The notes beneath the pieces were generated by a model. That model was not told the origin of the DNA. It was given only the letters and a program-made list of their open reading frames with translations, and did not search any database. A stretch of 64,000 nucleotides of DNA from Amoebophrya sp. A120 (taxonomy: Eukaryota; Protista; Dinoflagellata): NCBI GenBank assembly GCA_905178155.1, contig CAJINV010000002.1:8877412-8941411 (forward strand), read 5' to 3'. The translations under genes and the position numbers were made by a program. Positions 31,902 to 44,700 of this stretch are shown here, piece by piece; position 1 is the stretch's first letter, and the number at the start of each line of letters is the position of its first letter.

Positions 31902-33661
31902 TCATGTTTCTTTGGTATCTTTTTCGACTGTAAACTGACTGCTGCCATACCCGGCAGTTGTATCTACTTTCGTTTTCTGTTTCAAATCTGGCGCTGTCGC
32001 CTCAACATCCTTTCTCGTTGTACTATTCCTCCGACCTTCTGTCTGCTCTATTTCTGGCTCGATTTGAAAGTCCAGGTAAAAGATGCACTGTGATGAACCT
32101 TTTGTATTTTCAAAAGTCACGATCACGTTTACCTCCCGCTCTGCTTGCGGGTCTCTGGCCGCTCCTGGTTCCCTCGACCCGTCCTCAAAATTCTCCCTGT
32201 TCTTCTCCAGCATCATATCAGAATGAAAAATCCCCCCTCCCCATATCAAAACGAAACTTCTGATGCTGGATTTGAGTACACAAATCAGCTTTGTATTGCA
32301 GGAAAGCATTGCAGTCAGGTCCCCAGGCTAGGTAGGGGCGTATGCGCCTAGTTGTTCAGCATGGCAAGCGGCCCCCCTTTAGGCCCAACAGCATGACAAA
32401 TCGACTCCGCAATGGGGTGGAAGCTTCTGCCCTTGCCTTCTTGCAAAACAAATGTGATCTGTGACCTCAAATCAGCAACACAAATTTTCGGAAACATGCC
32501 TTTTCAATATGGGGAGGGGGGATTTTTCCTCTCAATACATCAGCTCCAGTAATTTCAAATCCGCCTTGCTGTCGCGCAGCGCAAATTCCGCACGCAAAAA
32601 CGTGATCACGCCCTTGAGTATGTCGGCATAGAATACCAACGCGTTCTGCAAATGCTGTTCGTGCGGATTCGCGACAGTTTTTGCCTGCCCTCCCGCCACA
32701 GGCGTGGTGTTTGTTGCAGCAGGTGCCGCCGCGGACGCGGCTACCGTCAAGTGGCATACCAGGTGCCTCACGGGCCGAAAGTCGTTGTCCCACAGCACAT
32801 ATCAAATGTAAAAATGTCTGGGTCTGGAAGAGTCATGCTGTTTCTGCATGACACAGAAGGTCTGTCATGGAAGCTCTGGCATCACAGGTTTCGAGAAGCT
32901 TCCGCAATGCCGAACCCGCATGACAAATCCCCCATTTTGGTGACAGAAAGTGAGCAGCTTTTGCTACCTATGCATGAGAGATTTTTGTGTGTTCTGAAAT
33001 GCGCATCACAAGTTGCATTCTTCCAGACCCAGACATTTTTACACTTCATAGCACAAAGCCTCCCGTATCGCGGTTCACCTGCAGCCGGTCCGAATGTATC
33101 AAATGTAAAAATGTCTGGGTCTGGAAGAATGCAACTTGTAATGCTGTCTGCGGATTCTAAAAATATCTGTGTTGCATGAGCAGCGAGAGGAGTCAGTTCT
33201 TGGCACGCCGAGAGGGCATTTGTCATGCGTAATTAGCATCAAGAAGCTCGCAAAAAATCTGTGATGCTAGCACCAGCATCACAGACCTCACGGGTCATGC
33301 AAAATGTGCATGGCAAGTCCCGACTCTTCCAGACCCAGACACTTTTACAATCCATAGCCTGCTTCCCGAAGCAAAAGCTCCACACCTCGCGGCACAGAAA
33401 TTTCACGGCATCCCGGTGCTCGCTGATCACCTTCTTTCGCAGCAGGTGCTTCCCGATCTTTTGCCCCAGTCGGAACGCCATAAACGTAGCCCCGGATGAG
33501 GTTGGTGGGCGAGTAGAATCCTCCTCTGGGAGGTCTACTGTTGGATGTGCTTTCGGTAACGTACCGATTCTGTGGTCCTTCTCGCTTTTTTTCCGGTTCT
33601 GCAACTGCAGAAACGCATTCTGGAAATGCAGCAAGACCGGGTAAGCAATCTCGCTGGTCAT
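31902..33661 (-). CDS. TRAPPC6: TRAPP complex subunit Trs33/TRAPPC6, 4 exons separated by three TIR elements (33661-33357, 33091-33051, 32794-32538, 32210-31902)
   Basis: The spliced product reads AFRLGQKIG...AVKFLCREVWSFCFGKQADRLQVNRDTGGFVLWDNDFRPV...FYADILKGVI. This matches the Trs33 pattern KF[IL]C[KR]..W...F.KQ.D.L..N..G.[FY]VL.D..F. Confidence 0.85.
32216..32537. mobile_element. TIR introner-like element, family B (322 bp)
   Basis: Ends TATCAGAATGAAAAATCCCCCCTCCCCATAT / ATATGGGGAGGGGGGATTTTTCCTCTCAATA. TSD CATCA at 32211-32215 and 32538-32542. Removal gives LELM-LEKN in frame. Confidence 0.9.
32800..33050. mobile_element. TIR introner-like element, family C (251 bp)
   Basis: Ends TATCAAATGTAAAAATGTCTGGGTCTGGAAGA / TCTTCCAGACCCAGACATTTTTACACTTCATA. 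TSD GCACA at 32795-32799 and 33051-33055. Confidence 0.92.
33097..33356. mobile_element. TIR introner-like element, family C (260 bp), inverted relative to 32800-33050
   Basis: Same TIR core TGTCTGGGTCTGGAAGA. Degenerate TSD GAATG (33092-33096) / GCCTG (33357-33361). The interior aligns by eye to the reverse complement of the neighbouring copy. Confidence 0.88.
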
Positions 33662-34799
33662 GGTCACTTTTTGCTGAGGCACTTACGTTTGTTAACAAAC
33701 TACAGCTGAAAAAAAGTAAGTACCAGAAAAGTGGTGGCAAATCTAAATATTCCACGAATTAACGGTCCCATACTTTCACTTTCCACAAGAGTAGAGGTCC
33801 GGTTTGTTTCTACACCAACATTTGATCCTCCAATGTTTCCTTGCTTCTTCTGTGGAATAAAGCATGTACGAAAAGCAAGAGAAACGAAGAGCCCATGACT
33901 CGAAGCTAGCAGAGGCGCACAAGAGGGAAACGAAGTTGAACAAAAAAATTCTTCCCGACACTGCGAACTCGCATATGCCAGTGTGGCTTTTCTAGACACA
34001 CTATCCCAAATCTTCGTGCGCGATTCGTCCTTCGGTCCTCCTTCATTCATACAGTTTTCTTATTTCCCTGCACCTATCTTCTCTATCATCCACACCTCTA
34101 TTTCTTGATCTGTTCTTTTGTGCTGCGAGTCTGTAATTTCTCTTCTTTTCTAATCGTTCCTGTATATTGATCAGTCGTGCCCAAATTCTATCCTTTCTAT
34201 TGCGTCTTCTTGGTTGCGCTCCAGCACCTGGTGATCTTTTCAGATTGATGATGCTGCGGCAAGAGTGACCTAAGCCTCGACACCGGTTGCTACCTTTTGC
34301 AACGACAATATCTAGGTCCTTTCATGGCGACTGGCGAAACTGAAATCTTCACGACTTACCGCATGACCCTTCTTTGTGCAACCTCGCAATTGTCTGACAT
34401 CATAAGAGGCGGTTTTTCATTTTTCTTGTAGTGATAGTTTTTCCTCACATAATGTTCATCATGATCATCATATGAATGAAAGCAAATCGTGCAAACTGGA
34501 TGGGTGGCGCAAGAAATGAAATATGTGCTGCTGCGACTTGTCGCAAAAAAGGACACTTATTTTGCTCCACCCCTAGAACTTTCTCTGGCAATAACTCTAC
34601 AGAAAGTCAATCGAAAGTGAAGTCTCCGAGAAACTACAACAGTTGTGCCAACGCCGCCTGATCGCTAACGCTAACTTATGAGGATGAAATCTCGGCATCA
34701 CCGCGCCCTTCGCTTGTTTTTCCTGGCAGCGTATAACTTCCCATCTCTGGCATTGGCAACATACTGCTTCTCTCGTCTTCTCCTTGTGCAGCGCACAGT

Positions 34800-37700
34800 C
34801 TATGGTGCCGCATCGACTCCCGCGGCGTACAGTCTGAATGCTCTTTCGATGTCTTGTCTTCCTTGGCCGCTGAGACCTGCTCGCTGTAACATACCTGCGT
34901 GGGCGATAACAACCTGAAGTTTCGTACCGGTCCACCTTCCTTCGTGGTTTCGAGCTGTCGTATGTCGCTCCCGGTACGCTTGCACAAGGTTTTTCACTTG
35001 CCCAATCCTACCCTCGTACTCCTGCATACCTCGGCCCTCCGATTCCGGACGAACCTCCTCCCGCAACTCCTGCCACTTTCCCTCCCCGACCGGGAGAAAG
35101 TGGTTTTGGAGTAGACGCAAGTTTCCGCCGGTGGCTTTCAAATGTCTGGCCGGTTTGGGCATGGGACGCAAAACAGTCCGGGAAGTTGTCTTTCTGCCGT
35201 CCTGTGACCAGTTCATACCCCTGTCGAGCACCGCCCAGAGGACGTCCCGCCCGAGGATTCGGTGCGCCTGCAAGCACCACTGTTCCCCGAGCTGCTGCGC
35301 AAGCGGAAACACGGGGTGTGTGTGCTCCTGCCACACCTTGCAAAAGGCTTTTGCTTCTTCACTTGGCGGTCTAGGCTGGGGGCGCTGTGGTCGTGCTCCA
35401 ATTTGTGTCGCTCCTGCTCCAATTTCTCCCGCTCCTGCTCCTCCTGGCGCAGAAGCAGGACCTGGGGCAGCGGCTGCCGGAGCTGCAGCAGCAACAGGCT
35501 GTGCGCCTGGTGAAATCGGCAGTGCTGTTGTGGCGGAAGACGAGGAACCTGGTGGCAGCGACGAGGACCCAGCGGAGGCTTCACCTGGTGGTGCCCCGGG
35601 GGCATTCACCGTGATCTGAAGGCTCAGCTGGTAAGGATGAACGCCCGGAGATTTCCTGCTGCATCGCCTCATTGGCGCCGGCCCTGCGAAGACCGTACTC
35701 CCTCCCACAGTTCCTGCGCTCTGCTGTGGCCCCGCACTCACACGAGATTCTTCTCCAGACATCGCTTCATCTCCAGCGTTCGTATCTGGCAGTTGCGAGG
35801 ATGCTGCATCAGTAGCAACGGCGTCACAACCTCCATCCGGCTGGGCAGGCGGTGCAGACGCGGGGTCGACATTGACTGCATCTCTGCTCGTTAGTGCTGC
35901 CAACGAAATAGCCTCGTCTCGTTCTAGCACACGACTTTCGATAGGGACACCAGAGGGAACCGTCAGGACACCACCACCCGATGGACCGCCATCGGCTTTC
36001 ACAGTTGCACTGCTCTCTCCTCCTCCAGCTCCAGAACTACTCCCGGCCACTTCCGCCTCTCCTTCAGCGGCAATCGAGCCTGCCTCGTGCTCTTGTTCGA
36101 CCTGATCAGCTTGTTCACGTCGAAGTCGTCCGAGCGTAATCGGAGTTTCATTTTCTCGCGAAGAATCAGTGGCGACATGAACTTCTTGATCTTGTGGGCC
36201 TAGCGCAGTGGGCGCAGCATCCCCTACAGTTCTTACCGCTGCTTCATCCCCAGTGATCGCAGGAACTGAAGCCTCTTCTGGTGCTCCCGGATCAGCCATT
36301 TCGACATTCTCGCCTGCAGCAGGGTGCTGGTCTTCTTCTGCCGATGCGGCCGCAGAAACTGGCGGCTCGGAGCTGGTGCTGGACGCACGTTGTTCGTTGC
36401 CATTTTCATCTTCGTGCGTCACTGAAACGCCTGCGGGAGCAGCCGCCGGAGACTCGCTTATTAACGAAGTAACATCGTGAGGCTCTGCTAAGACCGGCTC
36501 CTCCACGGCTTCCGAGGCCGGTGGTACTGCGTCTACTCCAGCGGTTCCGTCAATAGCAGCACCATCAGTCCCGTGCACACTCGGAGGGGAAACATCCGCA
36601 GGAGTCATCGAGAGTCCACTCCCACTGGCGTCACCACGAGGAGCTTCCTCGGGCAGATCAATCAATCCATCTTCCAGGCGAGCCGAGGGAGATTCAGTAG
36701 CGTCCTGCTGCTCCGGATCCTGTCCACCGGTGGGATCATGATCTTGGCCAGACCTGCCCTGCAGCGTCAGATGAGGCGCATCTCCTTCCTCGGTCAAGAG
36801 ACCCTCGCTACGAGGCGTAGTTGGAATACTCGCGACGACCCCGATCTCGTCCCCGGCGCCATTCGGATGAACTACAACTGCAGCCGGCTCAATTCGAAAC
36901 ACTTCTCCTTCGGGGTTTTCTTGTCCTGCACTGCCCGAATCTCTACCGACTTCTTCCTCGCCGCCCGTGGGCGGAACTGCAGGTTCGTCAGTCGGATTGC
37001 TCTGCCCAGACCCAGCAGCAAGAGCAGGCACACCTGCCGCCGCGTCAGTGCTGCTCGCAGAAAGTGAGGCCTCCACCTCTGGCGCTCCTGCGCTGTGTGC
37101 GAGAATGCCTGTTGTCCCACCGGACTGATCATCTTGTTCTGGTCCGGACGCAACATTTGCAGGGCTGGGCTTGCCGCCGTCCAGCGCTGTGATCTCTTCT
37201 GTCGGTGCAAGCTCAGGCTGCGTGGCCGCTTCCCCCCAAAGCTCTTGACGCTCTTCGTGCGTCGCGTCTCGCGGCATGGGAATGGAGCCTTCCAAGTTTG
37301 TCGGTAGCACGCTACCGAGCCAGCCCAGGATTGTGCTTGCATCTGTGGTGCCGCCAGTAGGAGAGTGCTGTCCACCGTCGCCCGCATCAACCTCGATCTC
37401 CCCAACGTCCGCTGCCCGAGTTTGAACCGGCGCGAGGGGAGACGATGGCGCGGCAGAATTGGTTGGGGCGCCGGCGTGCGGTTCCGGCGTATCAGCAGCG
37501 CCTGCGGCTGTCGCTGCGGTTGCCGCGTGCGTCGCTAAGAAAGTACGACTCTCGGGAAGCGGTGGGCTTTCGACAGCTCCTGTATCCCCCTGGTGGTACA
37601 ACGCTGCAGCGCTAAGGGCTGGGAATGTCAGAGCGGCTGTCTTGCCCGTCGCAAATGCGAGTGGACCAGCTGCAGCTGATGTATGTCCTGTATTCGCCGG

Positions 37701-40628
37701 GGCCTCAGTGTGGTCCGTATGAACAGCTGCTGCTTCGTTCTGCTCCTGAACACCCGAGTGGTCTCCAACTTGCTCAGAGACGGGAGACGGAGATTCCGGG
37801 GGGGGAGGGCAATGAGCATTTCCATCTTGCGCATCACCGGGTGAGGGAACAGTCGCACTCGCAGCGGTGTTCAGGGCATATCCCCCGCTTACGCCGGATG
37901 GCAGAAGCTGCTGCTGCTCGCCAACCGGGTGGCTCTCCTGTGCCGGAAACTGTGGGAGCCCAAGCGGCGGCGTCCCAGGGGCTGCTACCGACAGCGAAGG
38001 CGGTGTGCTCGGAAGGGCCGGCCCTGGAATGATCTGCTCTGCCTGTAGTGCTACTGACGGGCTCTGAGGTATTATCGGCTGTTGCAGCTGTTGCGCCGCT
38101 TCCCCAACGCCAGCAGTGCCTACGACTGCAGTGGGAGCTTCTTGTCGCTGTTCCGCCCCCGGCTGCTGGATTTGCTGCTCAGCCTGCTGCGCATTCTGCT
38201 GCTGTGACCCTTGTTGTGCCGGCTGCTCTGCCTGCTGTTGCTGTGCCTGCTGCTGCTGGCCGAGCTGCTCCTGCCCCGGCTGTTGTGCCTGTTGCAACGC
38301 CTGCTGCGCGGCTGTTCCAACACCTGCCGCGGTTACTGCGTCAGTGGCTGCACCGGCGGTTGTGTCCGCGGTTGCGCCGGGGGCTGACTCGGCGGTTGCG
38401 TCACCGGCTGCTGCGCTGTTTGCGGCACTCGTCGCGGCGGTGTTTGCGTCGACAACGGTTCCCAGGGGGGGAGGTTGCTGTTCCTGATCGCCCGAGTTTC
38501 CAACTTGCCCAGAGACTGGAGAAGGAGATTCCTGGAGGGGAGGGCGATGAACATTTTCATCTTGCACAACAGCGGGCGGCGTCCCAGGCGCTCCTCCCAA
38601 GGGCGAGTCCGGTGTACTCAGGCCGGCCACCGCTCGACTCTGTTCCGCTTGTTCTGGCGGCTGTTGCAGCTGTTCCGCCGTTTCTTCAGTGCGAACAGAA
38701 CCATCTGCGAGTGGTGCAGCGGAAGCTTCATTCTCTCCCTGCGCCTGCATATCTTGTCGCTGCTGGTGCTGCGGCTCTTCCACACTCGGCTGCTGTTGTG
38801 CCGGCTGCTGCTCTTGCTGCTGCTGTAGTGCCTGCTGTGCCGGCTGTTCGTCCGGCTGTTGTTGCTGTGACTGCTGCTGCTGGGCCGGCTGTTCATCTTG
38901 TGCACTGACGTCCGCCTGCTGCTGCGCAGGCTGTTGTTGCCCGTTCTGCGGCTGCCCGTGCTGCTGTTGCTGCGGTTGTTGTGCAGGCTGTTGCGGCTGT
39001 TGTAGCGACTGCTGCGGTTGTTGTAGCGGCTGTTGCGCATTCTCCCCGTCATGCTGCTGCGCTGGCTCCTGTTGCAGTGGCTGTTGCGTTTGTTGCAGTG
39101 CCTCTTGCGGTTGTTGCAGTGGCTGTTGCGGCTGTAGTTGCGGCTGTAGTTGCGGCTGTACTTGTGGCTGTAATTGCGGCTGTTGCGTCGGCAGTTGTTG
39201 CGGCGTCGATGGTTGCGGCATCGGCGGTTGTGGCGTCGGTGGTTGCGGCATCGCCGGTTGTGCCGGCGGTGGTTGTGCCGTCGGCGTTGGTGACGTCGAC
39301 GGTTGTGGCGTCGACGGTTGAGGCGTCGACGGTTGAGGCGTCGGTGGTTGTGCCGTCGACGGTTGAGGCGTCGGTGGTTGTGCCGTCGGTGGTTGTGCCG
39401 TCGGTGGTTGTGCCGTCGGTGGTTGTGCCGTCGGTGGTTGTGCCGTCGGTGGTTGTGCCGTCGGCGGTTGTGCCGTCGGCGGTTGTGCCGTCGGCGGTTG
39501 TGGCGTCGGCGTTTGTGGCGTCGACGGCTCCTGCTGCAGCTTTCCAACCAGGCTTGCTGCGGCTGCTTCCGGCAATCCCTGCGAAACCAGTGCTTTTTTC
39601 ACCGCTTCCCACCGCGCGCGATCTCGCGTGCTCGTGTTCTGGGAAGGGTGCCCGCCACTGCTCCCATCGTTCAGCATGGCGACCAAGTCCTTTCCCTCCT
39701 CTTCCCACGACTTGCAGCAGTTCCGCACCAGAAAAGTGTATCGGTTCTTCGGATCCCCCTGTTCGGACGTGGAGAGGTCGTCCCCCTCCTTCGGGAGCAG
39801 CCGAAACGCAGCCCAATCGAAAATCTTCGTCTCACACGTTTTGGGGCCGAAGTGCGAATGCTTGCAGACCCGGCCGAGCGCGGTCTCAACGTCGTGGGCG
39901 GGAAGATTCGCCAGCGGCAAGTGTTTGCACTTCACGGGAACCCGCTGTTGCTGCGCTGGGTCCACTGGATCGTCTGCAAGAGCAGACAAACCGTCCATCA
40001 TCTGCTGCTGGAGCTCGACAACAGAAGGCTCCTGCGTGGCCAGAAACCCGCTGCTGCCCTTATTCTGTCCCGGGTTGAACACCCCCTTCGCTCCGGCAGC
40101 AACTGTTGTTACGTTTTCATCATGCAAACGAATACATAGTCATAAATGTATCGCTCCAACAACGTCCTCGCCGTCGGCGAGGTGTTCATCAAACGACCTC
40201 CAAGGCAAAAACGAATACAAGTGCGACATCATCAACATCCTGAAAAAGTCAGGCTACACAATGCAATCGAGACACCATAAAAAACGCTTATAAGTACACA
40301 GAAAATATGTTGTACTAATCCACGTGAGGAAGCCCGCTCCGCAAACTGCAGCGACCATGATGAAAAACACCGGCGACAGCAGCACTGCCGCGACGCCTCC
40401 GCCCCCCGCGGCACCTGCACGCGCGCCGCTCGCCTGAAACGAGGGCTTTCTCGATACGAGGAGGGGTTGATCCTGCTCCGGGTTATTGTGCTGAAAGCCC
40501 TGGTTTTCTTCTTCGTCATACGAGTACGACCGGAGGTGCAAACGGGGCCGCCCAGAGTCGGCATTGGACGTTGGATGGTTCATCCCACCCACAGACGCCG
40601 GTGGATGTTGGTCATCTACACCTGCCAT
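34800..40628 (-). CDS. Very large Q/P/A/E-rich mucin-like protein; probable upstream exon with a TM segment (40628-~40315) and main ORF 40127-34800
   Basis: 1775-aa ORF with a Cys-containing N-terminal block, (QPPTA)n repeats and polyQ-rich tracts. The upstream ORF has the hydrophobic stretch VAAVLLSPVFFIMVAAVCGAGFLTWI. The exon junction is not firmly established. Confidence 0.65.
39195..39525. repeat. Coding 15-bp tandem repeat (GGTTGTGCCGTCGGT-like; encodes QPPTA/QPSTP)
   Basis: About 20 consecutive units are visible directly. Confidence 0.9.
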
Positions 40629-41776
40629 TGTACAGAGTGGCGATTTTCGCCTTCGAGATAGGAAAGCCGAGTTTTCGGCGTAGCAGAAAATCAAAATTTA
40701 CAGTGTAATCATTCAAATAAAATGGGTCGTTTGATAGTGAGATAGAAGTTACAATCCGCCCCTCTAATCATCGGGAAAAATATTCGAAAAAGATAGATTC
40801 TACATGAAGATTCTGATTTCACAACTCACGGGAATTTCCACCAATGGATTTTTACGTTTTCTAGATGTGTTGGGGTTTTTCTTATTTCGTTTTTGATATA
40901 CCGCTAGAGTCTGTCAAAGTAAAATGATCTTTGCGAAGCAAACAGCTGCCACGCTACCTACAATAAGTCAGTTGGATGAGAATTATGTTTTGTTGAGCAA
41001 ACAGAATTAGTCCCACGACAGTGGAACGAATAAGTAGACTGCACGTGTGCGTATTAAGCAGGCAAGCGTATAAGTGTGTATATCGTCGAATATGGATTAT
41101 CAAGACACATCCTCAAAACCGACAAAGTCTGATCGTGATTACCTTGTCGATCATGCAAAGCGTGATCACTGAGGAGCCAAGGCGCAGCACTATGCGTTTT
41201 CACGTACTTAACTGCTAGGATCTTTCTTTACGTCCTATTGATGTGCGATCTTCAAATAGACTTCGATGTAGGGGGCTGAGATCTGCTTCGGCAGTTGCAT
41301 GGATGCAACTCACGCTAAGCGCGAAGATTATAAGTATGTCCGTCGGACCTATCATGCATCTTCACTTCTGCTTTGTAGATCATCTTGCTCATGTACTATT
41401 TTCATAGTCCCTCTACCTACTAGTGAAACCAAACCTGAAGATCATCATGTCGGAAATCGAGGTGTTCTCCAACATCATCTACTTAAACAACAACCGACAG
41501 CTACCAACGCGCGATCCCGGAAAAGTCAGCAGTGCGCACATGATATCGTTTGACGTTCTGCTTCAGCATCTTTCCCTTTGTGCGAGAACAAATTCCATCG
41601 GAGTGCAGTTTTGCATGCCTTTGTCAAAAGGCGGGCAACCACAGCTGCCAGAATTTTATCGTTCCTTCGTGTTTTCCTTCGTTCGGACCACTGGAATGGA
41701 CAACAGAAACAGAATCCACCTTCTTCCGGCAAACTCGTGAAGCACAAATCCACGCCATCTTTCCCTTGCTGTTCCA

Positions 41777-44700
41777 TTATGTGGGCAACTTCACTCCTCG
41801 GTCGCAGACCAGGCACAAAGTCACCTGGTTGGACCCGTCCGGCGGGATGAACTCCCCGGGCAGGATGCCCAAGTTCAGTGTGACGTTGACCAATTTCCGC
41901 GCGTTGCACTTCGGACAGGTCGTGCCCGTGGGTTCACAACTTTTCACCGCCCGCGGCAGCCAGACGACCTCCTTGCATTTGGGGAACTGGTCACACGACA
42001 GCCGCCAGTTGGTGTTATCCTTCACTTTCAGCACCATTTGCCCGTTCCGACACTTCCCGCACTTCGCCACCGCCTGCTGCGGCCGGCCGCCGGCCAGCTG
42101 GCAGGTCGCGTGCCGGCACTGGAAACAGCGCATGTTGGCGGGGGTCGGAAGGTTGTCGTTCGGAAAATCCGGCGGATTGTTGAAGCAGTAGGGGCAAAGC
42201 GTGTGCTGCGTGTTGGTCACATTGTTCTTGATCAAGACCGTGCCCGTGTTGCAGATGGGGCACGTGAAGTTCCGGTCGGTGATGGTCTTCTCGCTGGCCG
42301 GGGTTCTGGAGGGCAGCAGGAGCAGCGTGTTGCCGCCCGCGGTGCAGTTTTGCTGCAAATTGCACCGAAACATGTAGTTCTGCACCACCAGCTGTGGCGT
42401 GTTGCTGTTGGAGGCTGAATTTCCCTGTTTTCCCTTGCCTTTTTTCTTCATCGCGGTCTTCTTCTTTCCCTTGCCGCCCTTCGCATTACTAGTGCCAGCA
42501 TTTGCTCCCGCAGCACCACCCCTCGAGGACCCCTCCGCCCCCTCCGCAATCGTGATGGCTGCATTCGAGCCGCCCTTGTTCCCGCGCGGCACGGTCATCT
42601 CTTCCTGCGCGAGGAGGTCCAGCCGGCCTTGGCCGCAGCGGCACGGCACAATCCCGGCCTGGATCAGGCGGACATTGGTGTTAGGATTGTTCGAAGTAGA
42701 TGCATTCGGAGCGGCAGGCTGCCCATGTGGTCCTCCTCCACCTCCACCTCCCGGGCCGCCGAAATTCGTACCCGGACCCCCGCCCCCTCCGGGGAAAGAC
42801 CCACCTCCCGGGCCTCCAGGAGGGGGGAAGTGGGCAGCTCCAGGCCCACCACCCGCTCCCGGAAAACCTCCGCCCGGACCCGGTCCACCTGGCGCACCTC
42901 CAGGTCCCCCCGCACCACCTGGACCTCCAGGACCCGGCCCGCCGCCCGCACCCGGAGGTCCACCAGCGGCGCCCGGCGGTCCGCCTGCTCCCATGTGGAA
43001 GTTGCCCATCACGTCTGCGAAGTACGTGCCCAATTTCCCGTCCAGCGTCCCCGGATTCTGGCTGATGTTCACGAACAGCTGCTGCATGTGCTGCAAGCAG
43101 TTCTGCAAAAACACGTTCTTTTGCTGCTGGTTCAGCGCGATCCGCGTCATCTCCGCCTCCATCGCCGCCCGCAAATCCGGCTTCGAGATGTCGTACCCCA
43201 GCAGAGCCGCGAACTCCTGATACCCCTCGACCAGGGCCAACCCGAGGGTGGTGGGCGCGAACCGGTTTTGGTTGTTCTTCACCGAGTAACTGCGGTCCTG
43301 AATGGTCTGGATGTGCGTGGCCATGGTGGCGTCCGTGCCAATGCCAAACCGATCCATCAACGCGATCAGCTCCGCTTCGGTGAGCAGTTCCGGCGGCTGC
43401 GTCGTCCCGCTGGTCATTTGCAGCTCATCCACCACGCACGGCGTCTGATTCGCGTGGTGAAACACGGGCTCCAACACTCGATTCACCACGCAAAGAGCCG
43501 CGGGTAACAACGTATCCGTTCGCCCCCAACGGTCGTAGGGGTAGACTTCCAAAAACCCCTTGTCCGTCACGCGCAACCCGTTCGCGGTGAACTCCTCCTC
43601 GTTTTCCGGGGGGTTGGTACTCGCTGTCACGGAGGTCTTCTCGCCCGTCGCGTCGGGGGAAAGGCAGGCTAAAAAGTGCCGGGTGATGAACTCGTAAATC
43701 TTCCACTTCCACCCATTGATCCCGTTTTCGTTCTCCTGCAAAGTCTTCACCGGGTGGATCGGCGGGTGGGCCTGGTCGTCCTTCGGCCCGTTGCGCGGGT
43801 TGGTGAACCGATTCAAATTATGCACCTGTCCGTTCACGAACAGCCGGTTCGCCACGTAGTGGCCCCAACTGTTGTGGTTTGCGTGGACAATCGCGAGCTG
43901 TTTCAAATCGATACTAGGGTGGAACTTCTCCGTCTCCGTCCTCGGATAGGAGATATAGCCCGCTTGGTACAGCTCCTCGGCCAGTTTCATAGTTTGCGCG
44001 GAGGGGATTCCGAAATACGTACTACATTTTTTCGTCAGTTCAATGGTGGCCAGCGGGATCGGGCGCCAATGCGTCACGTTGCGGATTTGCACGTCCGTGA
44101 CAATCAGTCTGCGGCTGTTCGCGGACTCCAGTACGTCCTCAAAAAAGTTCAAAACCGCAACCCGATCGAACAAGCGGTTGCGGTGCCAGGTAAACTCAGT
44201 CAAGGACGGGTCTCGGTTTATTGGCTGATTGTTGTTGTTTGCGTTATTTGTCCCTCTATTTCCCCCGCCGCCGCGCCGGGTATTTCCTGTTCCTCCAAAG
44301 TTGTTTTCCGAACTTTTGTTCGCCTCGAAGTTCGTGATTTCGTCCTGCGACAGATTGTGCGTCTTCACGACCAGTTTGATTCCCCAGAACGGCTCGGGCA
44401 GGAAATTTCGGATCAGTTGGTACCGTTCCTATCCCACGAAAAAACTGTTTCACTGTGATGATTTTGCAATATCTGCATCACAAGTTTCTTACACATGACG
44501 CGGAAAACTTGCCATGCGCGCTTCCCAAGGGAAAACACGCTTCAAGATCCGATGTCTTGCAGGTGTAGCAAGACAAACACCTTGCTGCTTCGTTCTGTGC
44601 ATCACAAGTTCACAGTGAAACAGTTTTTTCTTGCGATAGTTCCACGACGAACCCCAATGTCGGAAACTGACAGGGGCCGTACGACTATCCTGAGTAAAAA

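Noticed and set aside
38618-40139. Cys-rich 'metallothionein/keratin-like' and Arg-rich 'protamine-like' ORFs
   Set aside because: These are alternative-frame translations of the CAG-rich and 15-bp repeats inside the 34800-40127 ORF.
41567-41770. Short direct repeat CATCTTTCCCTT downstream of TOP3A as another element
   Set aside because: It is direct rather than inverted, lacks TAT-N7-AAAAA ends and a TSD, and could be chance.
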